A stretch of 24,000 nt of DNA from Thermococcus kodakarensis KOD1 (GCF_000009965.1 NC_006624.1:1933989-1957988); one strand, 5' to 3'; shown: positions 7,995 to 17,096, numbered from the stretch's first letter. Program-made: numbers and translations. Notes: a model not told the origin generated them from the letters alone.

Positions 7995-9953
7995 TTAAAG
8001 CCTCCACTCGACCCCAAGCATCTCGCTGTACGTATCGAGCACCTTCTCAAGGTACTCCCTGGCCGTTCCGACCTTGTCGATCTTGAACTTCTCGGCCCAC
8101 TTTTCGTTGCCGAACTCTTCACTTCCCCTGGCAACGAGGTCGATGACGCGCATGCTGTCCCAGAACACTGGAGTATAGCCAGCCTCCCTCGCGAACTCTA
8201 TAAGGCGCTTTATCTGTTTCTTAGCATGCTCCTCCATGTCAACGTTCTCACCGTAGGCCTCCATGAAGAGAGCCTTAAGTACTGGCTTCATCCAGCCGCG
8301 GTGGAAGCGGCACCAGCCGACGTTGTCGTACCAGAACTCCCATAGGGCGCTGGCGATAATCTTCTGGGCAAGCTCCTCGGGCTCTAGGAAGACTCCGAAC
8401 TGGTAGAACGTCCAGTACCTCCCCTGAATCGGGAGCGGGATGTAGTTTCCGATGGCCCAGTACATCGTCGGCGTCATCTCGCCGTCCTCGCCGAGGGGGG
8501 TAAACACAGCGTAGTCCTTGAAGCTCTCGCCATACTTTAGCCTGTCCTTGAACTTCTCGTCGAGGATTACGCTTGCTTTTCTCTTCCCGAGGCCGAGTAT
8601 CTTGGCTATCTCGTTCTCGGCGAAGGCGACGCGGTGGGCCAGTTCAGCGACGAGCTTGGCGTTCTTCTCGCTGGCCTCGACGGGCCTCTCAAGGAGGGCC
8701 TCTTTCGTGAAGTCTGGGACATCGCTGAGGCCGACTTCCTCAGGCTTGAGTATTCCGCGGTGGACGAGCTCGAGAACCCACGCAGCTGTTCCGCCGAACT
8801 CTATGGCGTCGAAGCCCATCGCATCAACGGCCGGAACGCTTATGTCACTGGCGCGGAGGGTTATAACGCCGCTGAGCGGGCCGTTGGCCTCCCTCGGCTC
8901 GTACTCGATGTGGTGACCGTTGGCGTACTTCTTGCACACGACCGGGCACGGCTCACCGCAGTTCGTCCAGTTCTTGGTCTCTATCGCCTCCTTGTTGAAG
9001 GGCTCCCAGTAGTACTTCATTATTGCCTCGTGGATCTTGATCCTCTCTTCTTTCGGGATGTAGGGCATCTGCCAGTTGAGAATCGGGACGAAGTCGCCCT
9101 CCGCCGGGTAGTTCCCACCGAAAGTTCCTCCTGTCTTGAGCTTGGGGTTGTACTTGTACTTGACGGTCTTCTCAGCTATGACGTCGTTGTAGGGCTTCTT
9201 GTGGACGCCTTCAACGATCTCTTTGGCGGTTCTGAATGACGAGATATCCTCGCCCGGGAATTCCCTCTTCCTCGGCTTTCCACCGAAGATTATACCGACT
9301 ACGTTGTGGGCCCTGAGGAGGACGCTTCCAGAGCCACCCCTTGCCGCCCAGTCCTCGCTTCCCTCAACGCGCTTGCCCTTCCTTAGGGTCTGGGAGAAGA
9401 TGGCACCGTAGTTGGAGTTGAGGGCTGCAGGACCCACGACGGCGATGCGGTACTCGAAGTCGAACCTCTCGCCGAAGGTGTCTATGAGGTACTGGGTGAG
9501 CGCGTAGACGCCCTCCTCGCCCTTATAGTCCTTCCAGATCTCGATCAGCTTTTCGAGCTCTATCTCGTGGAGCTCGACGTTGATGTTCGAGCCGTCGTTG
9601 TAGAGGATGACAACAACCGGCTTCTCAGCCTTCCCTTCAAATGTGACGAAGTCAACGCCGACGTTCTTGAAGGCGTAGGCGGCACCGCCCATCGCCGACG
9701 GGAAGAGCGTCCCGTAGAGCGGCGAGCGGAAGAAGAACATAAGCCTGTGGGCACCGGGCAGTATTGAACCCGAGAACGGCCCCATCCCCATTACGACAAC
9801 GTTCTTCGGATCATACGGTTCAATTGAGTGAGTTCCAAGCCTCTCATGGAGTTCGAGGCCGTAGTCTATGATGCCGTAAACTCCCTCTTTTTCGAACTCC
9901 TCGCTCTCAACTTTCCTCTCGTCAAGCTTCAGGTGAAGCACCGTGAACTTCAT
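7995..9953 (-). CDS. gor: Glyceraldehyde-3-phosphate:ferredoxin oxidoreductase (tungsten AOR family)
   Basis: 652 aa; MKFTVLHLKLDERKVE...PGAHRLMFFFRSPLYGTLFPSAMGGA...TGGTFGGNYPAEGDFVPILNWQMPYIP...NCGEPCPVVCKK...; strongly resembles Pyrococcus GAPOR. Confidence 0.93.
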   Translation of the reverse strand: MKFTVLHLKLDERKVESEEFEKEGVYGIIDYGLELHERLGTHSIEPYDPKNVVVMGMGPFSGSILPGAHRLMFFFRSPLYGTLFPSAMGGAAYAFKNVGVDFVTFEGKAEKPVVVILYNDGSNINVELHEIELEKLIEIWKDYKGEEGVYALTQYLIDTFGERFDFEYRIAVVGPAALNSNYGAIFSQTLRKGKRVEGSEDWAARGGSGSVLLRAHNVVGIIFGGKPRKREFPGEDISSFRTAKEIVEGVHKKPYNDVIAEKTVKYKYNPKLKTGGTFGGNYPAEGDFVPILNWQMPYIPKEERIKIHEAIMKYYWEPFNKEAIETKNWTNCGEPCPVVCKKYANGHHIEYEPREANGPLSGVITLRASDISVPAVDAMGFDAIEFGGTAAWVLELVHRGILKPEEVGLSDVPDFTKEALLERPVEASEKNAKLVAELAHRVAFAENEIAKILGLGKRKASVILDEKFKDRLKYGESFKDYAVFTPLGEDGEMTPTMYWAIGNYIPLPIQGRYWTFYQFGVFLEPEELAQKIIASALWEFWYDNVGWCRFHRGWMKPVLKALFMEAYGENVDMEEHAKKQIKRLIEFAREAGYTPVFWDSMRVIDLVARGSEEFGNEKWAEKFKIDKVGTAREYLEKVLDTYSEMLGVEWRL

Positions 9954-10105
9954 GCTCCCACCACCTTTGTATCACTCCGAGTGTTGAAATCAACTTGAAG
10001 AATATTTAAGGTTTCCGCTCCAGCTTAGACTATAGGGTGTTGAAATATAAAAACCTTGGTGGATAAAACGGTACAGGGGTAAAATGAACAGAAAAGGGCT
10101 GGAAA

Positions 10106-11233
10106 TCACTCGATAGGCTCGAACCTGTCGGTGAGCCTCTTGAGAACTCCCGGAAGGGTAGTGTACTCCATCTCCTCTAGCGGGAGCCTGTGCGGTTCGA
10201 AGGGTCCGTGCCTGCGCATGTATTCGGTTATCTCAAGGGCCTTCTGGCGGGCATAGTCGAAGGCAGGGTCGTCAAAGAGGTCAACTGGGCCGACTAGCTT
10301 TCCTTCTGGGCTTATCTGCCAGCCGAGAGCGACAACCCTCGGCGGGCCGTCGAACCTGGTCGGGTTGGCCTGGTGCATCGGGACCGGCATTAGTGGGCCG
10401 TTGTGGGAACCCCTCATCCAGCCGCTGACGAGGTGCGGGAAGGCGAAGGGCTCGAGGACCTCACCGAGGGCGGGTAGACCGCTCTGGGCTCTGACGATGG
10501 CAACTGGGTCGTCCTTTCCGACGTACTCTCCGGCTACTTCGTATAGCTTCTCGGTGCTGACAACAGCGACCGGCTCGTTCTCAGGGATTGGGTGCCCAGG
10601 CTTCGGATAGACCCTCTTGATGACGTAGCGGCTCTTTGCACCTATGAGGGCCAGAAGGTCGTAGAGCTCTTCTGGAGTGTTAAGAATGACCCTCTTGTGC
10701 TCGAGGATGTCCCAGACCTCAAAGCGGAAGCCCATGTGCATCTTCGGGTCGATGATGAGGCCCGCGGTGTTGAACGGGTCTGCGAACATCCTGAATATCG
10801 GGAGGTTGAAGGCTCCGGGCTCTGTCTTGTCCATGTGGAATGTAACTACAGGCTCGCTCTTCCTGAGGGTTATTTCCATCTCGGCAACTCCTGGTCCCAT
10901 TCCGCGGACGTTGCCGCTGAAGGCATCCTTGAGGAGGTCCTGGCCAGCTCCGTAGAGACCGAGTTCCTTTGCGACCTTGGTGGCCTCTTCGAAGGCCTTC
11001 CATGCAAGGCCATGTATGTCTGGACTGTCAACGCCCCTCTTGTGGGTCATGATGAGCTGTAAATCATCGCCGCAGGTTGCAACGTAAAAGTCTATTATAG
11101 TGCCATCTTCGACTGCTTTTGAAAGAACATCCTCGGCTGTCTCAACGAGCTGCGGGTGAACCCTTGAGTGTCCAGGCCAGCCGCCTATATCCGCTTTGAT
11201 AACGCTGATGGTGATCTTATCTCCAACGGCCAT
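10106..11233 (-). CDS. fbp: Fructose-1,6-bisphosphate aldolase/phosphatase (archaeal bifunctional type)
   Basis: MAVGDKITISVIKADIGGWPGHSRVHPQL...ATCGDDLQLIMTHKRG...GNVRGMGPGVAEMEI...FNLPIFRMFADPFNTAGL; start placed at ATG 11233 with upstream GGTGGT. Confidence 0.93.
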   Translation of the reverse strand: MAVGDKITISVIKADIGGWPGHSRVHPQLVETAEDVLSKAVEDGTIIDFYVATCGDDLQLIMTHKRGVDSPDIHGLAWKAFEEATKVAKELGLYGAGQDLLKDAFSGNVRGMGPGVAEMEITLRKSEPVVTFHMDKTEPGAFNLPIFRMFADPFNTAGLIIDPKMHMGFRFEVWDILEHKRVILNTPEELYDLLALIGAKSRYVIKRVYPKPGHPIPENEPVAVVSTEKLYEVAGEYVGKDDPVAIVRAQSGLPALGEVLEPFAFPHLVSGWMRGSHNGPLMPVPMHQANPTRFDGPPRVVALGWQISPEGKLVGPVDLFDDPAFDYARQKALEITEYMRRHGPFEPHRLPLEEMEYTTLPGVLKRLTDRFEPIE

Positions 11234-11369
11234 GGCAACCACCGGTATTTTTAACCTCTTTTATGCTTATAAAACGTTAATATCACTGTCGATGATACTC
11301 AGAAAACTCTAAATTCGAAGGTGATAGAAGCGGAATGTTGTACATCAAAATGTCTATAAAAGGAGAAAT

Positions 11370-11606
11370 TCACTCGCAGAGGTCGCTCCAGCCGAACTTT
11401 TCCTTTGCGATCTTTATCAGCTGTTTGAGCTCATCCTTCTTGATGTTGACGCTTGAGCTGGCCCCGACTAGGGCAATTATGCCGTGAACTTCTTCCTGAA
11501 TCTGGATAACGTCGTCGTGAACTTTAACGACTCTCAGCTCCCTCTTTGCGGTTTCGTCCTCCCCAATCTTGAACTTGTCGTGGCCGATAACTACTGGCTC
11601 CTCCAT
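11370..11606 (-). CDS. Small conserved-looking hypothetical protein (78 aa)
   Basis: MEEPVVIGHDKFKIGEDETAKRELRVVKVHDDVIQIQEEVHGIIALVGASSSVNIKKDELKQLIKIAKEKFGWSDLCE; start set at 11606 because GAGGTGG lies just upstream; the ORF-track extension to 11726 runs into the tRNA. Confidence 0.7.
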   Translation of the reverse strand: MEEPVVIGHDKFKIGEDETAKRELRVVKVHDDVIQIQEEVHGIIALVGASSSVNIKKDELKQLIKIAKEKFGWSDLCE

Positions 11607-11698
11607 GGGTACCACCTCACTATATTTTTGTAATCCAAAGTTAATAAAACTGTCGGGACAAAATTTATAAACCCCAAGCGGATAAGCTACTCCCGGAC

Positions 11699-11838
11699 GG
11701 GGGCGTGGTGTAGCCTGGTCCATCATCGCGGGCTCCAGAGGTATGAGGACTTGCGGGTTTACTGATTGGGGATGAGCCTTTGGAGCTCTGACCCGGAGAA
11801 ACCCGCGGACCGGGGTTCAAATCCCCGCGCCCCCACCA
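11699..11838 (+). tRNA. tRNA-Trp(CCA) with a 62-nt intron at the canonical 37/38 position
   Basis: Acceptor GGGGGCG/CGCCCCC, T-arm CGGGG-TTCAAAT-CCCCG, anticodon stem GCGGG/CCCGC, loop CUCCAGA, encoded CCA. Exon 1 11699-11738, intron 11739-11800, exon 2 11801-11838. Bulge-helix-bulge: CTCC/GGAG core with AGA and AAA bulges. Confidence 0.95.
11739..11800 (+). ncRNA. Box C/D guide RNA within the tRNA-Trp intron
   Basis: C ATGAGGA (11743-11749), D' CTGA (11762-11765), C'-like GATGAG (11771-11776), D CTGA (11788-11791). The 5th nt upstream of D pairs with C34 (11735); the 5th nt upstream of D' pairs with C39 (11802). Confidence 0.85.
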
Positions 11839-11906
11839 CATCAGCCCTTTCTTGCGAAAGCGCTGGCGGAAGAGTAGTATGCGTTTTTAATGAGCTGGCT
11901 TTTGAG

Positions 11907-12670
11907 CGGGTTTGCTTATCTAGTTGCTAGATTTACAGGATTTCCTCGCAGTATAGCGCTCAAAGAGCGCTAAAAAGAAAGTTCGAAATCACATTAACGG
12001 GAGATTTTAGAGTTAAACCCGCGCGAACTTGCTTTCTGAGCGAGCATACGCTCATCAACGGGCAAGTTCAGGAAGAAAGGGCACTTTTTGGTCAAGCTTT
12101 TTCTAAAAGCTTGCTGGCGAAAAGTTTCATCAAAGGTGGAATGTCCTTTTAAGCGTCCTGTTTTTAGTGATTCTTCTCATCAATTAGCAGTTTTCAAGGG
12201 GTTTGCTCACAGTATAACGCCCTTCGGGCGTTAAAAAGAAAGGAAAACCACACTTCTCTGCCCGTCTATCAAGAGAATCTAACCGCATCAGGCCAACATC
12301 AAGAAGACATTCAAACTTTTGGTGAAGCTTTTCCTAAAAGCTTCCATCGCGAAGTTTGATCAGGGTTTGTGGTTCCTTCTGAAATTGCCTTTCTACGAGG
12401 ATTTTCAAGATACACAAGTTAGCATTAGTGAATTCCCCTAAGTTTCAGCTTATCAAGAAGGAGTTTCTCTCTTTGACGCCCTACGGGCGTCGATTAAAAG
12501 TAAACTCACTCCGAAAGCTCTCACTAAAATTGAATTCACACTTAAACAAGAGCCCTTAATGAAAAATCCCTTTCAAAACCGTTTACAAACAAGAACCACA
12601 AACTTTGATGAAACTTTGCCTTGCAAAGTTTCTTTGGTCAAGCTTTTCCTAAAAGCTCCCTGAAAAGTAC
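11907..12670. repeat. Non-coding region with three repeated modules, each with a GC-rich hairpin and an AAGCTTTT/AAAAGCTT hairpin
   Basis: GC hairpins 11954-11972, 12215-12233, 12475-12491; A/T hairpin motifs GGTSAAGCTTTTYCTAAAAGCT at 12090-12112, 12321-12343, 12636-12658. Confidence 0.7.
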
Positions 12671-12704
12671 TTAAGCCTTAACTCAAATTCTTCTTGGTGA
12701 TCGT

Positions 12705-13823
12705 ATGGATGAGTTTGAACTATTAAAACGTCTCGTCTCAATAAAGTCCCCCTTTGGAGAGGAGCACGAGATTTCGGAGTTCATAGCTTCACTCCTCGAA
12801 GAGAACGGCATACCTGTGGAGACAGTTCCCGTTGAAGGCTTTGGCGATGATGTGGTCGCTTACCTCAAAGGTAAAGGCCCGACAGTTGTTTTAAACGGGC
12901 ACATGGACACGGTGCACCTATCTCAGGGATGGACAAAGAACCCATGGGGCGAGCTTGATGGGGATAGGTTCTACGGACTCGGGAGTGCCGACATGAAAGG
13001 TGGGCTGGCAGCGCTCCTAAGTGCCTTCCTTGAGCTTTCGGAGCTTCCAAAAAATGAGAGGCCCAACGTCATCTTCACCGCTGTCAGTGATGAGGAGGGC
13101 TTTTCGAGGGGGAGTTGGGAGCTTATAAAGAGCGGCAGGCTCGACAAAGCCGACCTCGTTCTCGTTGGGGAACCAACGAACGAGAAACTCATGCTCGGTG
13201 CCAGGGGCAGGTTCGTGATTGAGGTAGGGGCAAAGGGAAAGAAGGCCCACGCGGCGAGACCTTACCTCGGTATCAATGCCATTGAAGAGCTTGCCAAGCT
13301 CGTCTCCAACCTCAACAGGATACGGATGAAGAAACACCCGAAGCTCGGAAAAGGCTCGTACTGCACCCTCTACTTCTCTGGCTCGGCCGATGGATTGAGC
13401 GTGCCAGACGAGGCAATTGCGATAATTGACAGGCACGTGGTCGTTGGTGAGGACTGGGAGAAGGTTAGAGGAGAACTCTACAGGCTCGCAGAAAGAGTTG
13501 GTGTAAGGGCCGAGCTTGAGATAGAAAAATACAGGCGCCCAACTCCTGAGATGCTCCCCTACGTTGTGAAGGAGAACAACAGGTTCGTCAGGCGGTTTAA
13601 GGAAGCGTACAGGGAAGTTGAAAGAAAAAGCGTCGAGATTACCTACGGGGCAAGCGTTGGGGACTTCAACTACTTCGGAACTTACCTGAGCAAACCGACG
13701 CTCGTCTTCGGCCCAATAGGCGGTAACTGGCACTCCGCCGACGAGTGGGTCAGTGTCTCTTCCGTCAGGAGGGTCAAGGGAATCTATCTGCGCTTCCTAA
13801 GGGCTTTGGCTGGCCTCAGATAA
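12705..13823 (+). CDS. M20 family metallopeptidase/deacylase (ArgE/DapE-like)
   Basis: 372 aa; VVLNGHMDTVHL, GLGSADMKGG, AVSDEEGFSRGS, HAARPYLGINAIE. Confidence 0.9.
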   Translation: MDEFELLKRLVSIKSPFGEEHEISEFIASLLEENGIPVETVPVEGFGDDVVAYLKGKGPTVVLNGHMDTVHLSQGWTKNPWGELDGDRFYGLGSADMKGGLAALLSAFLELSELPKNERPNVIFTAVSDEEGFSRGSWELIKSGRLDKADLVLVGEPTNEKLMLGARGRFVIEVGAKGKKAHAARPYLGINAIEELAKLVSNLNRIRMKKHPKLGKGSYCTLYFSGSADGLSVPDEAIAIIDRHVVVGEDWEKVRGELYRLAERVGVRAELEIEKYRRPTPEMLPYVVKENNRFVRRFKEAYREVERKSVEITYGASVGDFNYFGTYLSKPTLVFGPIGGNWHSADEWVSVSSVRRVKGIYLRFLRALAGLR

Positions 13824-13903
13824 GCCGGTCTCCTCACCGGTCGGGGCAGGGAGTTCTCCTCATCGGCCAAAGCCTTTTAAGTTCTCCCCTTTTAAACTCG
13901 ACC

Positions 13904-15211
13904 ATGTTCACAATAGTCGCAAGAGCTAGAAAGGACGCGAAGGCTCTCCAGTACATAAACGAGCGTAACTATGGCGGCTTTCTCGAAGTTAAAAGCCTCG
14001 GCGGTGGGAGGAGCTTTGAGGAAATAGAGGATGGTCTTAACGAGGTTCTTGGAGAACCCTATATCCCTATATTCCTATTCGGTGAGAAAGAGAAGGCCCT
14101 CATGGAGGACATCCTTGAGGTTGTGAAGGAGAGCGAAAAGCCGTTCTACGCAAGGCTTTTGAGAACCAAGAAGGTCCGCAACATGCGCGTTGATGAGCTG
14201 TACGCCAACCTTGAGGAGATAAAGGCCCGCTTCAGGCTCGGAATCGAGTGGAAGAACGCTTACTCCCTCAATCCTGAAAATCCATTCGGGGTGGAAGTAC
14301 ACCCCGACTACGACATCTATCTGGCCGTTGGCGACGGTTTTAGAAAGGCCATGAAGTCCCTCCTTGACGTTGATCTCGGCGAGAACTCTCTCGTTCTCAG
14401 GAAGCTGATGAACCAGGAGGTTTACTTCTCGGGTCCGAATAAAGTTGCAGAGGTTAGCAAAAAGCTCGGCTTTCCGACCGAGGTTCTCTGGAGGTGTCCC
14501 TGCACGGAGGACGTTTCGCTTGAGGACCTGATGGCCGCCAACAGAGACTACATCGAGGCCTTTGCAAACGCGAGCAAAGAGTTTCTGAGGAGATTCAAAG
14601 GGTACGATATAGTTGTCCCCTGGAGCGGTGGAAAGGACTCCACGGCGGCCCTTATACTGGCAAAGGAAGCGTTTGGTGAAGTTAATGCTGTCTACGTCAG
14701 GATGGAGTACGAGATGCCAGAGACGGAGGAATACATCGAGAAGCTCGCAGGAAAGCTGGGCGTCAACCTCATCAGGGTGGACGTCCCGATGCCCATAGAG
14801 AAGTTCGGCATGCCAACCCATAGAAACCGCTGGTGCACCAAGATGAAGGTCGAGGCATTGTACAATGCCGTCAGCGAGTTTGAGAACCCACTTTTAGTCG
14901 TCGGTGACCGCGATGGAGAGAGTGCCAGGAGGCGCCTAAAGCCACCTGTAGTCGAGAGAAAAACTGACTTTGGCCAAATCCTTGAGGTTATGCCCATAAA
15001 GTTCTGGAGCGGAATGATGGTTCAGCTGTTCATCCTCATGAGGGGCTTTGATCTCCATCCGCTCTACTACGAGGGCTTCTACAGGCTCGGATGTACCGTC
15101 TGCCCGAGCCTTGCAGAATGGGAAGTCGAGCTTTTGAAAAGAAAAGGTGTGAAAGACCTCCCGCTCACCCACGCCTCCTCAGGAGCGGGAGAAGTGCGAG
15201 GGCGAGAATGA
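13904..15211 (+). CDS. PAPS reductase-like ATP pyrophosphatase family protein
   Basis: MFTIVARARKDAKALQYINER...VVPWSGGKDSTAAL...NRWCTKMKVEAL...GCTVCPSLAEWEVELL; start at ATG 13904, not the ORF-track 13745. Confidence 0.85.
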   Translation: MFTIVARARKDAKALQYINERNYGGFLEVKSLGGGRSFEEIEDGLNEVLGEPYIPIFLFGEKEKALMEDILEVVKESEKPFYARLLRTKKVRNMRVDELYANLEEIKARFRLGIEWKNAYSLNPENPFGVEVHPDYDIYLAVGDGFRKAMKSLLDVDLGENSLVLRKLMNQEVYFSGPNKVAEVSKKLGFPTEVLWRCPCTEDVSLEDLMAANRDYIEAFANASKEFLRRFKGYDIVVPWSGGKDSTAALILAKEAFGEVNAVYVRMEYEMPETEEYIEKLAGKLGVNLIRVDVPMPIEKFGMPTHRNRWCTKMKVEALYNAVSEFENPLLVVGDRDGESARRRLKPPVVERKTDFGQILEVMPIKFWSGMMVQLFILMRGFDLHPLYYEGFYRLGCTVCPSLAEWEVELLKRKGVKDLPLTHASSGAGEVRGRE

Positions 15212-17096
15212 AAGCTGGACCGCAGACCGATTGTATCCCTGAGCTTGTGGTACTTGTTGAGGTTGCGCTCGGCGTGGAAGTGGTTTCCCCGTTTGTGTTT
15301 GTATTGGTTGGCAAAGCTGGTATGGCAGTTTCGTTGCTTGGAACGTTTGGTGTGCTCTCGTTCACCTTTATCAGGAACACGCCCGCGCTTTCCCTTGCGT
15401 ACTGATAGAATATCATAGCGTTGACTAGGTCATCGGTTGTGTTGCCCTTCTCGTAGCTCTCTGCGAACTCGTAGTAGGCTATGGAGAGGAGCGGATGTAG
15501 TCCGTTCATCTGCGCTACCCCTATGGCGGTCTTCGCGGCCTCTTTCATCTCTTGTAGCTTCTCCCTCAGAATGGTCTCGTTGTCTATGCCGAGGGTGTCT
15601 AGGAACACCTCCCCGCGAACCCTCGCTTCCATGGCGGTGAAGATTGCCGCTGAGTACTTTCCGTCCCCGTAGTACTGCTCCGCCTTTTGAATCGTGTCCA
15701 TTAGATCAGTTCCTATGACGTTCCCATACATGGACTCAATGTAGGTCACTATGAGGTTCGACTCGTCTATGTAGTTTCTTGCAGTGTCTTTGAGCTCTTC
15801 CCTATCTATAACATCACCCGTTGCAAACCTCTCGCCCAGTCCTGCCCAGAAGCGCGCAGTCTGCGCTCTCTCGTAGGCATAGGCGGCTCTGTCAATGGCA
15901 TTCCAGTAGTCGGCGCTGTAGTAGTACTTCCACCCCTCTTGTAGGCTTGCCTTGGCGTCCTCTACCCTCTCCTCTGCGGCGGCAACCGCCTGGAGCATCG
16001 TCATTCCCCTTATTTCCTTGGACGAGACGAGGCTTTCGGTCTGGTTTATGTAAGAGTTCACACTAGTCAGGAGGTTCGCAACGTCCTCCGGGCTCTCAAC
16101 GCTGATGTACCAGTCGACGTGCCTCAGGACTATTCTCGCCTGAAAGTTCTTGCTGAGGGCCGTGTAATACATTCCAGAGTCCAAGGCTTCTTTAGCGCCG
16201 TCGAGTATGACCTTAGCCTGGTCCAGGGCCTCTTTGAGGACTGTATATGCCGTGTAGTCAACGTTGCTCTTTTTGAGCTTCTCCCTGACGCTCTCGTAGT
16301 AAGCGGTGGTGTTCTGATAGTCCTTAACGGCATCGTCCTTGAGGAAGGAGGTGTCTATGAAGACGTTGGCTGGTGCCTTCGGCTTCGGGAGCGCGTGGCC
16401 GGTGAAGTAATAGACGGCCTCGTATATGTCGCTTACTTCCTTAACCTCGAGGCCCCAGCGCTCCTTTGCGTATTCGACTACATCAACCTTTTCGCTCTTC
16501 GTCTGTACAACCTGAACTATTCCACCTATGGTTTTCTGCTGGGTCTCTTGGATGACCTGAATCCTCTGGCCTTTGGGGATGAGGAAAAGCTTTGCCCCGA
16601 CCGAAGCGGCCGCTGAAGCCTTTTCAAGGATTCCACCGACGGGGCCTATCGTTCCGTCAGGGTTTATCATTCCAGTCATCATCACCTTGGGGTTTACCTC
16701 CCACCCCATGAGAGCTGCGATTATACCCACTGTCATTGTTCCTCCTGCCGATGGCCCGCCTATGATCGGAGTGTCCGTTTTGACCTGTATGAAGACGTCG
16801 TACTTGCTCATGTCCTTGCCAGTCACCTTTCCAGCTATTTGGGCCGCCAGCCTCGCGCTTGCCTGCATGTCAACCTCTGAGAGAGGCCAGGTCTCGACGT
16901 AAACGTGCCCGCTACCAGGAGCGACGGTTATCACGAAGTCCGTTGCGACACCGACGAGCCGTCCATCCGGGGTTTTTGAGACTGCCGGCGCCTTCAGGAC
17001 AACTGTGGTTCCCTCTGAGGGACACTGCGCCTTCACTGGGGTTAAGAACGACGCTATGAGGAACACTGCCAGCAGGATTGATAACGCTCGTTTCAT
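15165..17096 (-). CDS. Secreted S16 (Lon-like) family protease with C-terminal CGP-CTERM anchor
   Basis: Signal peptide MKRALSILLAVFLIASFLTPVKAQ; TDTPIIGGPSAGGTMTVGIIAALMG (Lon Ser motif context), INPDGTIGPVGGILEKASAA; Ser/Thr-rich linker; C-terminus SVCGPAFILALALLPLLRRRG. Start at 17096 after GGTGGTGATT. Confidence 0.88.
   Translation of the reverse strand: MKRALSILLAVFLIASFLTPVKAQCPSEGTTVVLKAPAVSKTPDGRLVGVATDFVITVAPGSGHVYVETWPLSEVDMQASARLAAQIAGKVTGKDMSKYDVFIQVKTDTPIIGGPSAGGTMTVGIIAALMGWEVNPKVMMTGMINPDGTIGPVGGILEKASAAASVGAKLFLIPKGQRIQVIQETQQKTIGGIVQVVQTKSEKVDVVEYAKERWGLEVKEVSDIYEAVYYFTGHALPKPKAPANVFIDTSFLKDDAVKDYQNTTAYYESVREKLKKSNVDYTAYTVLKEALDQAKVILDGAKEALDSGMYYTALSKNFQARIVLRHVDWYISVESPEDVANLLTSVNSYINQTESLVSSKEIRGMTMLQAVAAAEERVEDAKASLQEGWKYYYSADYWNAIDRAAYAYERAQTARFWAGLGERFATGDVIDREELKDTARNYIDESNLIVTYIESMYGNVIGTDLMDTIQKAEQYYGDGKYSAAIFTAMEARVRGEVFLDTLGIDNETILREKLQEMKEAAKTAIGVAQMNGLHPLLSIAYYEFAESYEKGNTTDDLVNAMIFYQYARESAGVFLIKVNESTPNVPSNETAIPALPTNTNTNGETTSTPSATSTSTTSSGIQSVCGPAFILALALLPLLRRRG

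Noticed and set aside
8634-9239. 201-aa plus-strand ORF
   Set aside because: Antisense to the GAPOR gene; typical GC-rich shadow ORF.
10592-11062. 156-aa plus-strand ORF
   Set aside because: Antisense to the fbp gene.
11607-11726. N-terminal extension of the small hypothetical protein toward tRNA-Trp
   Set aside because: Would overlap the tRNA and its promoter; an internal ATG with a good RBS exists at 11606.
11842-12704. CRISPR array or tRNA-linked integrated element hypothesis for the repeat region
   Set aside because: No short uniform repeats with regular spacers, no duplicated tRNA-Trp 3' end, and no integrase or transposase ORF found in the window.
13017-13733. 238-aa minus-strand ORF
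   Set aside because: Fully antisense to the M20 peptidase, which has clear catalytic motifs.
14075-14821. 248-aa minus-strand ORF
   Set aside because: Antisense to the SGGKDS-containing ATP pyrophosphatase gene.
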